64,000 nucleotides of DNA from the NCBI RefSeq assembly GCF_016433145.1, contig NC_058136.1, positions 73,411,635 through 73,475,634 of the forward strand. Direction: 5' to 3'. Position 1 is the stretch's first letter. Each line of letters begins with the position of its first letter. Below the pieces are notes generated by a model. That model ran no database searches and had not been told where the DNA came from. It saw only the letters and a program-made list of their open reading frames with translations. Positions 42,680 through 54,600 of this stretch are shown in pieces. Source of the DNA: Gracilinanus agilis. Its lineage: Eukaryota. A program made the position numbers and the translations under genes.

Positions 42680-45600
42680 ATGCCTTACGACAGAGCAACC
42701 AGATGCTTCGGGAGCGCTATCAAGAGTTTGTGAACTTCCAGGCCAACCAGAAGGAGGAGAAGGAGTTTCTCATGAGAAAATTTCAGGAGGCGAGGACGCT
42801 GGTAGAGAAGCTAAAGATGGAGAAGCTGGAGCTGAAGAGGCAGAAGGAGAAGGCTCTGCAGGAAAGCGAAAAGGTACCGGGAGATCTGGGGTCACCCCCT
42901 CTCCCCCCAGTTCCATGGAACCCAGAATAAGCTCCAGAAACTTGGACTCGGCTGTAGACGAATTTCTCCACTCCTCTTTGGCAAGGAAGAGGCTGCGCTG
43001 TCTCCCAAACATCTGGTGGGGTGCTAAACACGGGGCGAATGGGGAGAGGGCCAATGCCCCAAGGGATTCAGATGGTGGGAGGAGCTAGGCCTACTTGAGT
43101 CGGGGTGTGGATGTCTTAAGTGGCTTTTCCCCTTATCTTGGATTGGTCCTGGTAGATCTTCTCGGGCTGGTGAACCTCGGCCTTCCCATAGTGCTCCATT
43201 TAGTTAATGCAATCACCCGACCCTCTTGCTCAAGGCTATGTTGAGGCGGCATCAAGTCAGGAAGACCTGAGTTCTAGTCCTAGATTGGCCGCTCAGTACC
43301 CTAGACGACTCTCTGATACTTGGTGAAGTTCAGCATCAATTGCTGCAATCACAAGATCCAAAGCTAGGCAACTGCTATTGTTTGTTAACAAAGCCCAGTG
43401 TGGTGACTTCAGTGCTTCAAAATGGCTGCCAAAGTGAAGGGAGAGGAGAGAGCCATTCAGGAATGTGACCGTTATTAGATGAAAAGGTCTTTCCAATAGT
43501 CCAAGGAGAAAACTTAGCCTTTCTCACTTTTAGAATGTGGGGTGCCTCCCTCCTTTTCTAAAGCCTGTTGTTGTCACTTCCCCTCCCCCATTTTAAATTT
43601 ATAGATGGGGAAACTGAGGCTCAGGGAGGGGAAGAGACTTGCTCCGAGTTGTGTAGAGGTCATCTACCTGCTATGTGCAGAAGGAGCTTTGATGATGGCC
43701 CACTGGCCTTTCTTGTGTCTTTAAGCGTTAAGGTGGAGCTTCGTACCCTTTTCCAGCCCAGTTGCCCTTTCTAATTCGCTGCTCAGCTGTACTTGAGGAA
43801 GCAAACACCTCTTTTGGGGGGGGGGGAGCGGGGGGCTCCAGGCCTGCAGAGTTATTCTGAAACTCACCGGATGCTTCTGAGTATAGGGCTCTGCCTTAGA
43901 CTGTGGGACATAGAGATGTAGAAGACTCTAGTCTTGGCCCTAGAAGAGATCAAGGTCAGGTCTGGGACGTTGTAGGGCCGTGTTGGTGAAGATGTGGTAC
44001 AGGTGCCCCAGCATGCAGGAGGGGACTGCTCCGTTCCCACCCTCTCCACCACGCCTGAGGACATTTTTTGCATGCTCTGCCCCTCTGCCCAGCAGCTGAA
44101 TGAATGCAAGCACTTCCTCCCTCAGCTGTCTGGGGTAAGGCAGGAGCTCCCAGGCAGCTTGAAGGTGCAGTTTGGGCACACGGTCTCTGAAAGGTTCACC
44201 AATGCTGTCACAGGGTATGTGGACACGGCAGAGTCTAGCGATACAAGGTAGCACCTACTAGGTGCCATATACGGGCGTGGGTGCTCCATATTGCTGCTAT
44301 ATAGAGTGCGCAGAGGGCCTGGCCCAGAGTCAGGGAAACCTGAAGTTAAAGTGGGTCTTAATTACTTCCTGCCATGGGACTTTGGGTAAGTCACAAACCC
44401 ATTTGCCTCAGTTTGCCCATCTGTAAAATGAGGATAATAACAGCACTTCCCTCCCAGCAGACCTTAGAGCACAAGCTCTCATTATGGAGAGGTAGAGGGG
44501 CTTCTTCCTGGGTTCTAGGCCTGGCTCCCTGCCACTATTTGTATCATCTTGGGTAATTCCCTTCTCTCTGAGCCTCCATTTTATCTGTAAAGGAATCACA
44601 CTGGATGACCACGAAGCCCCTCCCAGGGAGTATTTTTTTGGTTTCGGAATTGGATTTCTGTCCTGAACTTAAACCTCAAGAAGGGAACGTGTTCCATATA
44701 TCCAGTAGAACACGAAAGAGAATCAGTGGTTTGCGTGGACCCCCGAGACTCTGTTTTATACTGATAGCTTTAAAACATATGTGTGTAGGGGGCAGCGAGG
44801 TAGCCGAGTGGCTTGAGAGCCAGGCCTAGGGACGAGAGGTCGTCCTGGGTTCATATGTGCCCTCAGACACTTCCTAGCTGGGTGGCCCTGGGTGTGTCAT
44901 TTAACTCCAGTTGCCCAGCACTTGCCACTCTCCTGTCTTACAATTGGTCCCGAGCAGAAGGTAAGGGTTTGAAAACCAGTTTGGCCCCCTGGGCTTGCTT
45001 TGCAGCAGCCCCTTTTGCTATGGTCTGGGGGCTTCTGTCCGACTTGTCATGCAGTTCTGGCGTGGAAGAAATGCCACAGCTCGTTGGCAGATTTCGGGGG
45101 CACTCGGGCTTGTGCAGACTTCAGGTCTTACGAGAGCAGCTGTGTTGGAGCTGGGGCGTCTGGCCCGCTCATCTTGCCCCGAAGTCCACTCATTTGGGTT
45201 CTAATGGTTTCTGAGTAACGGCGAATAAGGCGGGATCACATCGTGAGGGATTCGAACACCAGGCCAGGGGCCAGGGCTTGTTTTTGACCAGGGAGTGAAA
45301 AGAAGAAAGCTCTTGGCTGACAGCCATTGCTTTCCCCGGGGTTCACGAGAGTCCGGCAGCATAAACGGGCACAGCAGTGACCTGGCGGAAGTCTCTCCAG
45401 CACCGTGAGCAGGTCTGCTTCCGCCCAGCTTGGCAGTGAGGTGGAATTGGGCCTGCTTGGTATTGATTTAGCTCTGAACCTGCCAGAGCATTACAAGCAC
45501 GGGGCCCCTCGGAGGTAGCCCTGGAGAGTCCTGGCTGATTCCCAGTCTCTGGTTTTATAAGGGTCAGATTCCTGGCGAGACCGAAAGAGAGGCTTGGCGG

Positions 45601-48600
45601 ATCCTAAAAGAGCAGCTCGAGGACCGTTTGCAGCAGCTGGAAGAGACCAGAGAAGGTCTCCAGAAGGAGAAAGAAGCCCTTCTTCTGGAGAACCAGGAGC
45701 TCAGGACAAAGGTAAGCGCGAGCACGTGGGGGGGGGGGGGGCGCATGGCAGCTCCTTGTCTCTCTGTGGCAGTCACACAGCTGAGCCTTTCCCTGTCTGG
45801 ACTCACTTTGCCACCTTGCAGGAGGAATGGGCTTGGACTAGCTGTTCTCTAGGGTTCCTTTTTGCTCTGCGATTCGACAGTTCTAGTATAGAATCGTGGC
45901 ATTTCGGAGTTGGAGGGGACTCTGGCTGGCTTCCGGGCCCGAGGGTGGGGGCTTCTTGGGCCCCTCCGAAAATAAGAAAGCCTCATTTCCGAGCGTAAAA
46001 GCCGTTCTGAGGTGGGAGACCTGGACAAGGGAACTCTCTCTCATTGGCGTCGGAGCATGGGAAAGAGCTCAGTGCCCCCCTGGGCTGCCCCGCCTAGGAA
46101 GGCCTGTCCGCCCTAGCTGTGTGGCTCTCGTGTGCTCCAAAGCTTCCAGACAGTGGAAACCATTCCGCTTTGGAACAGCAGCTCTCACTGCCAGGAAGGC
46201 TTTCCTGGAAGCGAGAGGCGGTTGGACACCGGGCCCCGGGGCAGCCCTTCAGATACTTGACTGCTGCTCTCGTGTCCCTCTGAGCCTTTTCCTCTCCAGA
46301 GGAAATGTGGACTCCAGGCCCACCCCCATCCCGGGAGCCCTTCTCCAGCTGATCCGTGCTAAGGACACGCTGAGGGCCACCTAGATGGCTCAGTGGATAG
46401 AGAGCCAGGCCTCCAGGTCCTGGGTTCAAATGTGACCCCAGACACTCCTCGCTGTGTGCCCCCGGGCAAGTCGCTTAGATGCAGTTATTTGGCTCTTCTC
46501 ACTCTCTTGTGTTGGAAGAGCCATGCTTAGTATTGACCCGCTGAAGCCTCAACTCCAGGTGAGATCTGACGAGGGCCCGAAGCAGCGGCCTTCTTTTTCT
46601 CCTCCCTGTTCTTGGTCAGAGTGCAGCAGCCCAGGATCCATTTAGCTCACTGCTGCCCTGGCCCCTTCTTCTGCTCGGGAAATCGGTAGATGAGACTGCT
46701 CGTGCCTTCGGTCTGATTCAGTGCCCCCGAGCCCTCTGGCTCTCCAAGATCCCTTGGGCTCCCGACTCTCACCACTGGAGGAGGTGCCAGCTCTCGATCT
46801 GTGTCGAAGGCAGTGGCTAAAAACGGTCCGAGTTCCTCTGGGGAAGAGAGAGAGGGCGGGAGTGAGTCCTGGGGCAGGAGAGACCCTGGCCGAGAGCTCG
46901 GTGCAGGTGGGAAGAAGCTCGTGTCCCCCCGTGTGGTGTCAGGCCCGCACTAGAAGCAGCATGTTGGCCGCCCTGGCCTGGCTCTCTTTCAGCCGGGACA
47001 GGCTCGTCCCGGATCCGCACTTCCACTCGGACAGACGTTGCCCACCGCCGTGTGCCCGCTTCCCTGGGTGACGCCTGCTTTTCTCTGGCATTTCAGAACG
47101 AGACCCAGCCGCAGAGACCGCCGGAGACCGAATCTCTGCAAGGGGCGAGCGGCAGGTCAGCCTTCCCGCGTCTCAGGCCGTCTGCTTTCTTCGTGTGTAG
47201 TTTGGGATCGACCCAGGCCCAAAGTGGCCCGTCCCCGCCTGGTTCCTGGGGCTTGGCGGGCCTTTCTCGGAGCCCACAGAATTCTCACGAGGGGAGGCTC
47301 ACGGCTTAAACAAGACAACAGGGATGCGGGGGGTGGAGAGAGGCGATGGGGCCCGAGAGACTTGGGACAAACTGTACTCCCTGCTCTTGGGCCTCCTCAG
47401 GAATTGGGGCGGCATCCCTGGTGCCCCAGAATCGGCACACCCAAACCCATTGAAATGGGTGCATTTAACAAACTTCTACTAAGAGCGCTTCCTGCGTGCT
47501 AGGCCAGGGATACCAAGAGAGGCAAAAGCCAGTCCCCGGCCTTGAGGAGCTCGTGCGAGTTCTCATGGCCAACGCAGCAGGCAGAGCCGGCTGGGTACAG
47601 GTTCGTGAGGAAATAACGAGCGGAGGGAAGGCACCGGAATGAAGATGGGATTTTAGTTGGGACTCGAAGGAAAGCCAGGGAGGGCAGTGGTCAGAGCACA
47701 GGAGGGGAGAGCGTTCCAGGCATGGGGAGTGGTCAGAGAGCCGGGAGATGACAATAAGGGCGCGAGGTACAAGGAGACTGAGAAGGTAGAGGAGGGGGCT
47801 GGGTTCTGACTGGCTTTGAGTGCTAACGATCCTGGAGGCAATAGGGAGCCACTAGAGTTCGTCGAGTGAGGGAAAGTGGTGATTTGATTGGGCTTGAGCT
47901 TTAGCAAAATCACTTTGGCGGCTGCTTGGAGGAGGTGGCGAGGGCCGGCCTGCACCAGGGGGTGGGAGTGTCACAGGAGAGGAGAGCATATTTGGGAAGT
48001 GCTGTGAAGGTGGCCTCAGCAGGCCTCAGCAAGGGCTTAGGTGTGGGAGGATGTAGAGAGTCAGGATGCCTCTGGGCGCCGCCCTCTGTAGTAATAAGGG
48101 GAAAGACAACAGGGTTGAGATGTCCGGAAGGCGGATGGAGGTCAGCAGAGAGTCTGGGGCAGGATGGGTAGGTCTGAGAATCGGCAGCATTGAATCTGTG
48201 GGAGTCGAGGAGCTCCCCAAGCGCAGTGGTCCAGAGGGAGAAGCAAAGAGGGCCCAGGCCAGAGCCCCGAGGGATACTTCCCCCAAGAAAGGGCGCGGCC
48301 TGGCCGAGGATCCGCCACCATCAGAGAGAGGAGGGGAACCAGGAGGAAGGGACGTCCCCGTGTCCTGCAGGACTGCCAGGAGGCCATCGATCTGGTGACA
48401 GCCGAGATCCCGAGTAACTGGAGAGAGAGGTCGTAGGGGTCAGGAGGTGCTTCTCGTCGGCTTTCTAAGCAGTAGGGAAAGGGCCGGTGGAGAGGGAGAG
48501 ACCGAGAGGGGCGACACGGCGGGGCTGCTGCCCGAGGAGGCGGGATGGAGACGGGTAGTGGAGGAGATGGTGGCAGAAGAAGGGACCCGAGTGATAGACA

Positions 48601-51600
48601 GATGAGGAAAGGAGACGGAGCTCTGCCGAGCTCTGCGCGGCTGCCCGAGGCATCGTCCTCCTATCCAGGGAAGCTCTGGGAGGCCGGGATCCGCTTTTGG
48701 TTTTCTCTGTGTCCCTCCCGTCTCCTTTTGGGCGGGGGCGATCCCTGGGGGACGACGAGGAATGCGGGCCAGATCGAGCAGTTGGATGCCACGTGTGCTC
48801 TTCCACATCTCTGCTGCTACAGGCAGGGAAACACGAGAAACCCAGAAACAGGAGACAAACTTAGGGTGGGCCAAGCAGTTCGTGAGGGCCTACTGTGTGC
48901 CAGGCATGGTGCTTGATGCTTCCCACATACTGTCTCATTTCAGAGTTGGGGGGGGGCCAGCACCGGGGCCCCCGAGACCCCTCCACCTTGAGGCGAAGAG
49001 CTGGTCCCCTTTGATCCCAGGTGGGGCTGGAGGCTAGAGGGGCGACTGAGCCCGCCCAGCTCTGGAGTCAGTGGGACGTCGGCCTGGGCCCTGCTTCTTT
49101 TGCCAGGACTTCTCTGCCTGTGGGCCAGGCTAGCCCCAGTTCCGATGTGGCCTCAGACACAGGTCACTTCACCTCTGCCTGCCTCAGTTGGCCCATCTAT
49201 AAAGTGGGAATCATAGCACCTCCCTCCCAAGGGTGGGTGTGAGGGTCGAATGAGAGAGATTGTAAAGTTCTGAGCATAGCACCTGGCACACAGTAGGTGC
49301 TTAGAGGGGCTCTCCAAGGATCCAGGCCTTGCAATGGCTTCTCATCCTTGTTTTTCCTTTTGGTGCCAGGAGTGCAGATTCTGATGACCTGCTGACGAAG
49401 GTGCAAGATATGGAGAATGAGTGAGTTGTCGCTTTGCGGTCAAGCCCCACAGGCTCACCCATTCAGTGGGCCCGTCGCCATTGCGTGATGGGACTAGACT
49501 GCCCTGCTCTGCTCGGGTCCCCTCTGCCCCGTCCTGCCCTCTTTCTGGGCTTGGGTTCCCGGGTGCTTTTTGCCCTGTCGTGCCCTGCTGTCCTTGCCGT
49601 GCTTGGTTCCAGGCCGGCCTCTCCTCGCCCTGCCCTTGCTGAGCCAGGGGACAGGTAAGGATTCCCTTTTCCAGGAATACGGCACTCAAGCAGGAGCTGG
49701 CATCCCTGCAGGGCAAGATGGCCCACTTGGCAGTAAGGGAAAAACAAGTGGAGAGGCGGGCCGAGCAGCAGTTACAGGCCCTGAAGAGGCAGGTGGAGGT
49801 GAGGAGGGAGAGGGCTGCCCGGGCTCAGCGTCACCAGAGCGCTTAGCACCCTGGGGAGAAAGGGAGGAGGGGAAGCGAGGAGCTGAGGACGAGGAGGGAG
49901 ATAGGCAGAAGGAGAAGCAGCCATCCTGGGTTTTGTGGCCCAGAACATGGTTTTTTTTTTTTTTTAAACCCTAATATCTTTATATGTCCTTCTATATTAA
50001 TTTTATTTGTTACAGGGCTAGGCAATGGGGGTCAAGTGACTTGCCCAGGGTCACGCAGCTGGGAAGTGTCTGAGGCCAGATTGGAACCCAGGACCTCCCG
50101 TCTCTAGGCCTGGCTCTCCATCCACGGAGCCATCCAACTGCCCCCAGAACATGGTTTTAGACTGGGCCAGAGTGTCTACTTAGAGCTGGAAAGCGGGGAG
50201 GGACTTGCCCACGATCGTCCCCTGGGTAGTGAGGAGCCCTGTTCCCCTGACTGGGCCTCAGTTTCTTGACATGTTGAATCTTTGATAGCCTCGAAAGGCC
50301 CATGACTTACCTATTGACAGAAGGTAGCCTTTCGTCATCTGCACACGTCTCCCCTGGCCCCTGGCGTGGAAGGCCCGGGCCAGCTGCTTGTCCGTGCCGC
50401 CGTGGATATGCTCAGATCGCTCACTAAGCACACAGCAGTGTAGATTTTGGGCAGCACCTGCCAGTGAGGGCTCTGGGAGGCGAACCGAAGGAAGCCCCGA
50501 GGCCTGGGTGCTCAGGTGGGCAGTGGGTGTCTTGGGGCCTTGACAGAGGTGTGGAGGGCATTCAGCACCGGCAAGGATGAGACGAGGGGCGTTTCTTAAG
50601 CTGCCTGCGGTCTGGCCCCTGCCCTCGAGACCCTTTGACCCTCGACGGGAAGATGAGACACGTTTACCAGTAACCATAGTGCGGAATGAGAATTCCCACG
50701 GGCCCCGCTTTTCCTGGGCCTTGACTTCATGAGAGGAAGCCAAGAGAAATAATAGCTATTGATCCCACACTCGGGGCTTTCAAAACGCTTTTGCAGTTAG
50801 GCTCTTTCATGGATCCCAAGCACCCTGGGAGAGACATACTCTTATAAGCCCCATTTCACAGCATAGGTTGGGTGACTTGCCCAGGGTCACACAGCCAGGA
50901 AATGTTGAAGCCTGAATTTGAACTCAGGCCTTCTGACTCCAGGTCCAGTGCTCTGTGTACTGTGGTACCTCTTCGCTGGAAGGGCAGGTTGGAGGCAGAT
51001 TGTCGAGGGCCTCGAATGCCCAGCCCAACACATTTGGACTTCTTGAGAATCAGTGGAGGGAGGGGCATCAGCATCGGCAGCGTTTTGAAGGAGAGTGACG
51101 TTATAATGGTTGTCTGACATTCGTGTGCAACCAGATTGGAGGGGAGCCAGCCGGAGGTTAGGAGGCGGTGTGCATCAGCAGTGGCAGCACCCGCCGGAGG
51201 ACTGTCTGAGGGGGCCCTCGGCAGTCCTTCCCGGCGTCTGTCAGGCCCGTTCAGAGAAAGAGCCCCAGGAGGCCCCGCTTCCGGGATGGCTTGGTAGGTC
51301 TTGCTAGATTTTGAGCTGCAGTGGTAGGGCGGGACCCCTTCCCCAGGGGCCCCCGGCGGAGAAGTGGGGTTAGGAAGATGGAAAGGCCGTGCGCTCGGTA
51401 CCAAGGGAGAAGCTTGGAGCACTGCGTGTGGCCCCTGCGGCGGCAGTTCAGGTGTGTGTGGGGGCAGAAGCCGGGCGGCCGTAGGTGCCGGGGGAGTAGA
51501 GACGGCAGGAGCAAGGGGGAGCTGTTTCCCCCTACGCTCGGATCGGAGGGTCGGCGCAGCGGACGTCTGAGCAGGTGGCTCCTGGCCTCCACCTCCATTG

Positions 51601-54600
51601 CCTCCTGGGTGGCCCCGAGAGCCCTTCCCGCTCTGGCGCATCCAACTTCTCAGTCGGGGGTTATCTGTGACGTTTTGATTTTTCCGCTCTGAACGTACGC
51701 ATCCGACCTGCAGAGGGGAAGTAAAGGTACACGCGGTTCGGTCCACAGCCAGGCCACTGGCTTAGCACGTGGCCTTGTGAGGAATGGGGGTCTTGACCCC
51801 AGCCGCCACCTTTCTCTCCAGATGAGAGCCACGTATTCTGTATTGCTATATATTACAGCAACTGACGGAAGACAAAGGGTCTGTGAAAGCCCAGGTGACC
51901 TCACTGCTCGGGGAACTCCAGGAGAGCCAGAGCCGCCTGGAGGTCTCGAACAAAGACAAACAAGTCCTCGAGGACAGGTAGGGAGAAGCTGAACAGCAAG
52001 CAAGCTAATGGTGGCCATCCCTCCCGTGGGCCGGGCCCCTCCTCTCTTCTCCCTCTGGCCCCTCTGGGTCCAGTGACCAGCTCTGTGCTGAGGATTCTCC
52101 CATCCTGCCCCAGCGCCTCTGTCGACATCTCTGACTGGGTGCGCGGTAGACATCGGAAACTCCCGACCCTCCCGCCTCCAGCTTCTCTAGCACTGTGGGT
52201 GGCGACACCTGCCAGGCCCCCGAGGCACCATCCTTTCCCTCCCTCCCCACGTCTCACTTCTGCAGCATCTCCCAGTACGGCCCCTTCCTCCTCTCGACGC
52301 TGCCGCCACCCCTGGGGTGCCAGGCCTCACCACTTCCCGCTCAGACTGTTTCAGAGGCCTCAGGCCTCTGCCCACTGCTCTCTGTCCTCCATTTAGCCAC
52401 TCAGGTGAATTTCCCAAAGTGCAGGGCCAACCGTGTCACCCCCCGTGGCTCTCGATCACCCACAGAATCAAAGCCCTTCATAAGCTTTAGTGGCCTTTTT
52501 TTGGAAAGCTCTACCTTTTGTCTCAGTGTCAGTTCTAAGACAGAAGGGCAAGGGCTGGGCAATGGGGCTGAAGTGACTTGCCCAGGGTCGCCCAGCTGGG
52601 AAGTGTCTGCGGCCAAATTTAAACCTAAGTCCTCCTGCCTCGAGAACCACCCAGATGTTCTAAACTTTGCCCATCTTAAAGCTCCTTCTCCTATCCAGTG
52701 ACAGTTGGCTTTCTTGCCTTTCTCCGAACAAGACCCTGCTTCTCCCAACCCTGGGAAATTTCTCTGGGGTCGCTGCCTGGAACACTCTCTGTCCTCATCT
52801 CCGCCTCCTTCCTGGGCTTCCTTCCCAGCCCAGCAGCCCTTCTGTGCCCTGCTCTGTCTCTCTGGGGATTGTTTCCAGCTGATCCTTTCCCAAGTTGGTA
52901 GCTGGCCATCTTCCCGCTGGACTGGTTTCCTCGAGGCTGGGACCTTTGGGGCTCCTTGTGTCCGCAGGCCTCCGTGGTGGGCCTTCATGCTCCCGGGGCC
53001 CTGAGGGCATCTTCCTTTGAGGACCAGCAGAGAAGACTTCAGTTGCTCACTGCAAAGCCGATTTCCAGCCCAGGCAGGCCAGGGACTCGCCGTTTATTTT
53101 CTTCACAAAAGAACAATTTGCTTTCCGGGAGATTCAGGCACCGTTCCCTTAGGACATTCAGTTCTGAGGGGCCCCTCTCTCCTCGGAGGCCTGGGTTCTA
53201 GTACCTGTGGCAGGGAACGTCGGGTTAGAGCAGCTGATCCTTCGAGACCAGCCCTTCCTTCTTCCCTGTTGCTTTCTGGTCGGCCCAGGGTTTCCCTCCT
53301 GCCTTTGCTGCTGTGCTGCAGCTACTCTGCGCTTCTTTTGTAGTTTTCCCAACCATGAAAGGGCAGGAAGGTTCCTGGGCTCTCCGGCTGCTCCAGCCTC
53401 CTCCTTTCCGCTGAGGACTCTGAAGCCCGGGACATGCAGTTAGGCCCCCGGGGTGGAGCCGGAGCCGGAGCCGGAGCCGGAGCCCAGGTCCTCTCAGGCA
53501 GGAGTCCCGCGTCCCCCACAGACTGGTTGTCTGAAGAGGCCGCGCAGTGAGCGGGGCTCGAGCGCCTGGCTCCCGCGCTAGCGCTTAGATTCACAAAGGG
53601 CAGCCGTTCTCTGCAGATGCCCTCGAGCGTTCTAGGGAGTTGCTGCTGCCCTCGTGGGTGCGGTACCACAATCCGTTGGGGCTTGGGCTATGGGGAAGTC
53701 AAGGCCACCGTCTCCATCCGAGTGATACAGGCTGGGAAGTGCTGCCTCCGGCTCTTCTTAGAACAGAAACGACCTGCGATCCAAGGCCCGTTGGCAGGTC
53801 CGTTTCTACCTGGCAAGGGGCCCGGGGCCGAGCCTTCCTAGCTCACGCTCGGGTGAGATGGTTTGACTGCGACCCTGCCACTTAGGCATGGGTATGCTAA
53901 TGGTAGCCACTGGCTCGGCTCCCTTCTCAGCCTGAATTTCCACAGACCTCGCTAGGGAGCCATCTTGCTTGGCATGGGCGGCGCGACGCTGGGCTCTCCT
54001 TCCCCCACGGCCCCATCCCTGTCTCTTTCCCCCCCTCATCTTCCCGTGCCAGAGCTCGGACAGCCACGGAGAAGCTCAAGCAGCTGGAGAGCGAGAACGA
54101 GCAGCTGCACAAGCAACACAGCGTTCAGGTGGACCAGCTGCGCATGCAGACCCAGAACGTGGAGGCCGCCTTGCGCATGGAGCGGCAGGCTGCCTCTGAG
54201 GAGAAGTAAGTAAGCAGACGTGGCTGGGAGGGCCTCGTGTTAACCGTTGGACGTCCAGATTGTCCTCCGGCTCTCCTTTGCTTCCTTGGCGTCATTCCCG
54301 TTCTTTTTGCTCCCCCTAGCCTTTGAGGGAGGCAGATGCGGGGGGGGGGGGGGATGCCCTGCCATGTCTGAGACCGCCTCCCTTAGAGGCTCCCCCGGAG
54401 CTGGGCACCTTGATGGGCTCGGACCGAATGCCGAACCTCTTTGAGCCTCAGACTCCTTGGCACTAAAATGGCGAGCATGAGCCTTGCACATCGTAGCTTC
54501 TAGTTCTTTCTTGTGAGAAAAGTGAATCGCAAAGTCTGTACGCAGAGCATGGGCTCTGGGTTCAGATCCTACTTCCAACACATCCGGCCCTTCTCCGTGG

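Noticed and set aside
43864-44254. Three overlapping 80-104-aa ORFs suggesting a small gene or LINE fragment
   Set aside because: No RT or endonuclease motif is recognisable. The only part with good splice signals is the 42-nt candidate NEMO exon A.
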